From an uncultured Candidatus Rokubacteria bacterium (GTDB lineage Bacteria; Methylomirabilota; Methylomirabilia; Rokubacteriales; CSP1-6), in NCBI GenBank assembly GCA_963754315.1, contig CAVWFS010000007.1:352001-416000 (forward strand): a stretch of 64,000 nucleotides of DNA, in the 5' to 3' direction. Shown in pieces: positions 62,695 to 64,000 of the stretch. The first letter of the stretch is position 1. Every line of letters starts with the position of its first letter. The notes under the pieces are model-generated. The model saw only the letters and a program-made list of their open reading frames with translations, was not told the DNA's origin and did not search any database. The position numbers and the translations under genes were made by a program.

Positions 62695-63075
62695 ATGAAG
62701 TTCATGTTCACGATCTACCACGACGAGAACGTGCTGGACGCGATGCCCGAGAAGGAGATGCAGGCTCTTGTCGACTCCGCGATCGAGTACGCCGAGGAGA
62801 TCCGACGGAGCGGCCACTACATCGCCTCGGACGCTCTGCAGCCGGCCCAGACGGCCCGGACCATCCGCGTCCGCGCCGGCAAGGTCTCCACCACCGCCGG
62901 CCCGTTTGCCGAGACAAAAGAGCAGCTGGGTGGATTCTTCGTCATCGAGGCCAAGGACATGGACGAGGCCTGCGCGGTCGCCGCGAGGTTCCCGCCAGCG
63001 CGCGTTGGGGTGATCGAGATCCGGCCGGTCCAGGAGCTGAAGCACTCGCGTGATCAACGCGGTCTACCAAGCTGA
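62695..63075 (+). CDS. YciI (DGPF) family protein
   Basis: GPFAETKEQLGGFFVIEA…IEIRP; GAGGAG RBS. Confidence 0.9.
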   Translation: MKFMFTIYHDENVLDAMPEKEMQALVDSAIEYAEEIRRSGHYIASDALQPAQTARTIRVRAGKVSTTAGPFAETKEQLGGFFVIEAKDMDEACAVAARFPPARVGVIEIRPVQELKHSRDQRGLPS

Positions 63076-63120
63076 ATCGCGCTGGGTCCTCGCCACGCTC
63101 ATCCGTCTGCTCGGCGACAT
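63050..63120 (+). pseudogene. 5' stub of a YciI-associated ECF sigma factor
   Basis: VYQAESRWVLATLIRLLGD, then similarity ends abruptly. Confidence 0.65.
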
Positions 63121-63222
63121 CGTCCAGCCGCCGGGCATCGGCATCTCACCCATCGCCGACATGGACGCGAACCAGACGATCGTTACCACCGCGCCGGCCC
63201 CGAAGAGCAGCGCTGTGACGCG
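63115..63222 (-). pseudogene. fragment of a DUF2182-like membrane protein
   Basis: VTALLFGAGAVVTIVWFASMSAMGEMPMPGGWTMS. Confidence 0.55.
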
Positions 63223-63225
63223 CTC

Positions 63226-63498
63226 TCAGATACCGGCTTCGACCCCCTCGGCCAGCTCGCGCAGGGCCTGGTTGCGGGCCCGGTGAGCGATCTCGTGTCC
63301 CACCGCGATGACGAGGGCCACCGGCCAGTCGATGATCTCGAGGGCGGCCATGAGCGCGAGCCCCGCGTACCAGGCAAGGCGCTGATTGGCCTGGGGGCCG
63401 CGGGACGTGGAGGTAGACCTCGATGCCGCGCGCGTTCTGGGCGTCAGCCTTCGCGCCCTGCCGACAATGGCCACCTTACTCCTGGCTGCCGTGCTCAT
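63226..63498 (-). CDS. small hypothetical membrane protein
   Basis: GGAGG RBS; LAWYAGLALMAALEIIDWPVALVIAVGH hydrophobic hairpin. Confidence 0.65.
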   Translation of the reverse strand: MSTAARSKVAIVGRARRLTPRTRAASRSTSTSRGPQANQRLAWYAGLALMAALEIIDWPVALVIAVGHEIAHRARNQALRELAEGVEAGI

Positions 63499-64000
63499 CG
63501 GTTCACCTCCCAGAGTCGACGGATCGGAGGCGGTCAGCTGGCCTTGGCGCGGTGAATAGCTCATTGAGGGGGATGCTCCGATCGAGCACCCATCGCGCGC
63601 CATCCAATGGCCCGCTTCGGGAAGATCGAGGTCAGACCCATGTGGGTCCGCGATTAAGGGCGTAGGCCAGCTGGAGGGGCCTTCACGTGCGTCGGGACGG
63701 TCCAGGCCATCCAGTATGCTGGTCCCTCTTTGGAGCCCCCCCCGGAGAACGCCTTTCCCTCCCGCGGGCTCGGCCGACGTGTCAGGGGTCTTTGGGAATG
63801 CCTGTCCGCTCGTGGTTTGACGGCGATAGAATGGCGCACGAGCATCTCTACTGGGACCAGCGAGCACTTTAAACGGGCGTTCTGCCATCCTGAGTTCCGC
63901 TCGCATCTCGGGCACTACCCGGCCAGCAACCGCGTGTCGCCGCACCTGTTCCAGAAGCTGGCCATGCCCGGCATCTGCGTGTCCTAGCCGAGGCTATCCT

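Noticed and set aside
62119..63075. 318-aa ORF as a single protein
   Set aside because: It is chance read-through across non-coding DNA and a degenerate yciI into the real yciI, which has its own RBS at 62695.
1..64000. tRNA (including tRNA-Sec), rRNA and transposase genes
   Set aside because: None recognised by eye; Sec machinery would have to be encoded outside this window.

Overview
High-GC bacterial chromosomal window. The gene style suggests a Rokubacteria/Methylomirabilota-like soil lineage, but that is an impression only; no marker gene is present. Many conserved genes carry single-base frameshifts, most likely long-read assembly errors. Left to right: treY; flavin reductase; a Cys-rich secreted protein; DsbA and a LuxR-type regulator; a decayed XRE/serine-recombinase element; a hydantoinase/oxoprolinase A/B pair; AAA ATPase; Mo-oxidoreductase; vapBC-type TA pair; carbamoyltransferase; Mrp; GT4/asnB/ABC exporter; nadE; a peptide-type ABC importer; an ~18 kb phosphorus-scavenging block (phoU, pstSCAB, phoB, phoX, phnCEDGHIJKLM) with Pho-box-like repeats; a DedA-rhodanese; a four-module QueG-like/SCP2/FNR/2Fe-2S oxidoreductase next to MarR; and a scarred right end. 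Highlights: (1) a 73-nt structured, pseudoknot-capable non-coding element present twice, 43.4 kb apart, each time 5' of a secreted-protein gene (candidate riboswitch-like RNA); (2) two selenoprotein candidates that the ORF track splits or truncates (DsbA U-P-F-C; DedA-rhodanese C-T-U-P), each with a SECIS-like hairpin whose loop starts 21 nt after the UGA; (3) the putative self-sufficient cobalamin-family reductase fusion; (4) a cysteine-free Mrp/ApbC; (5) a 19-bp triplication that frameshifts a serine recombinase.
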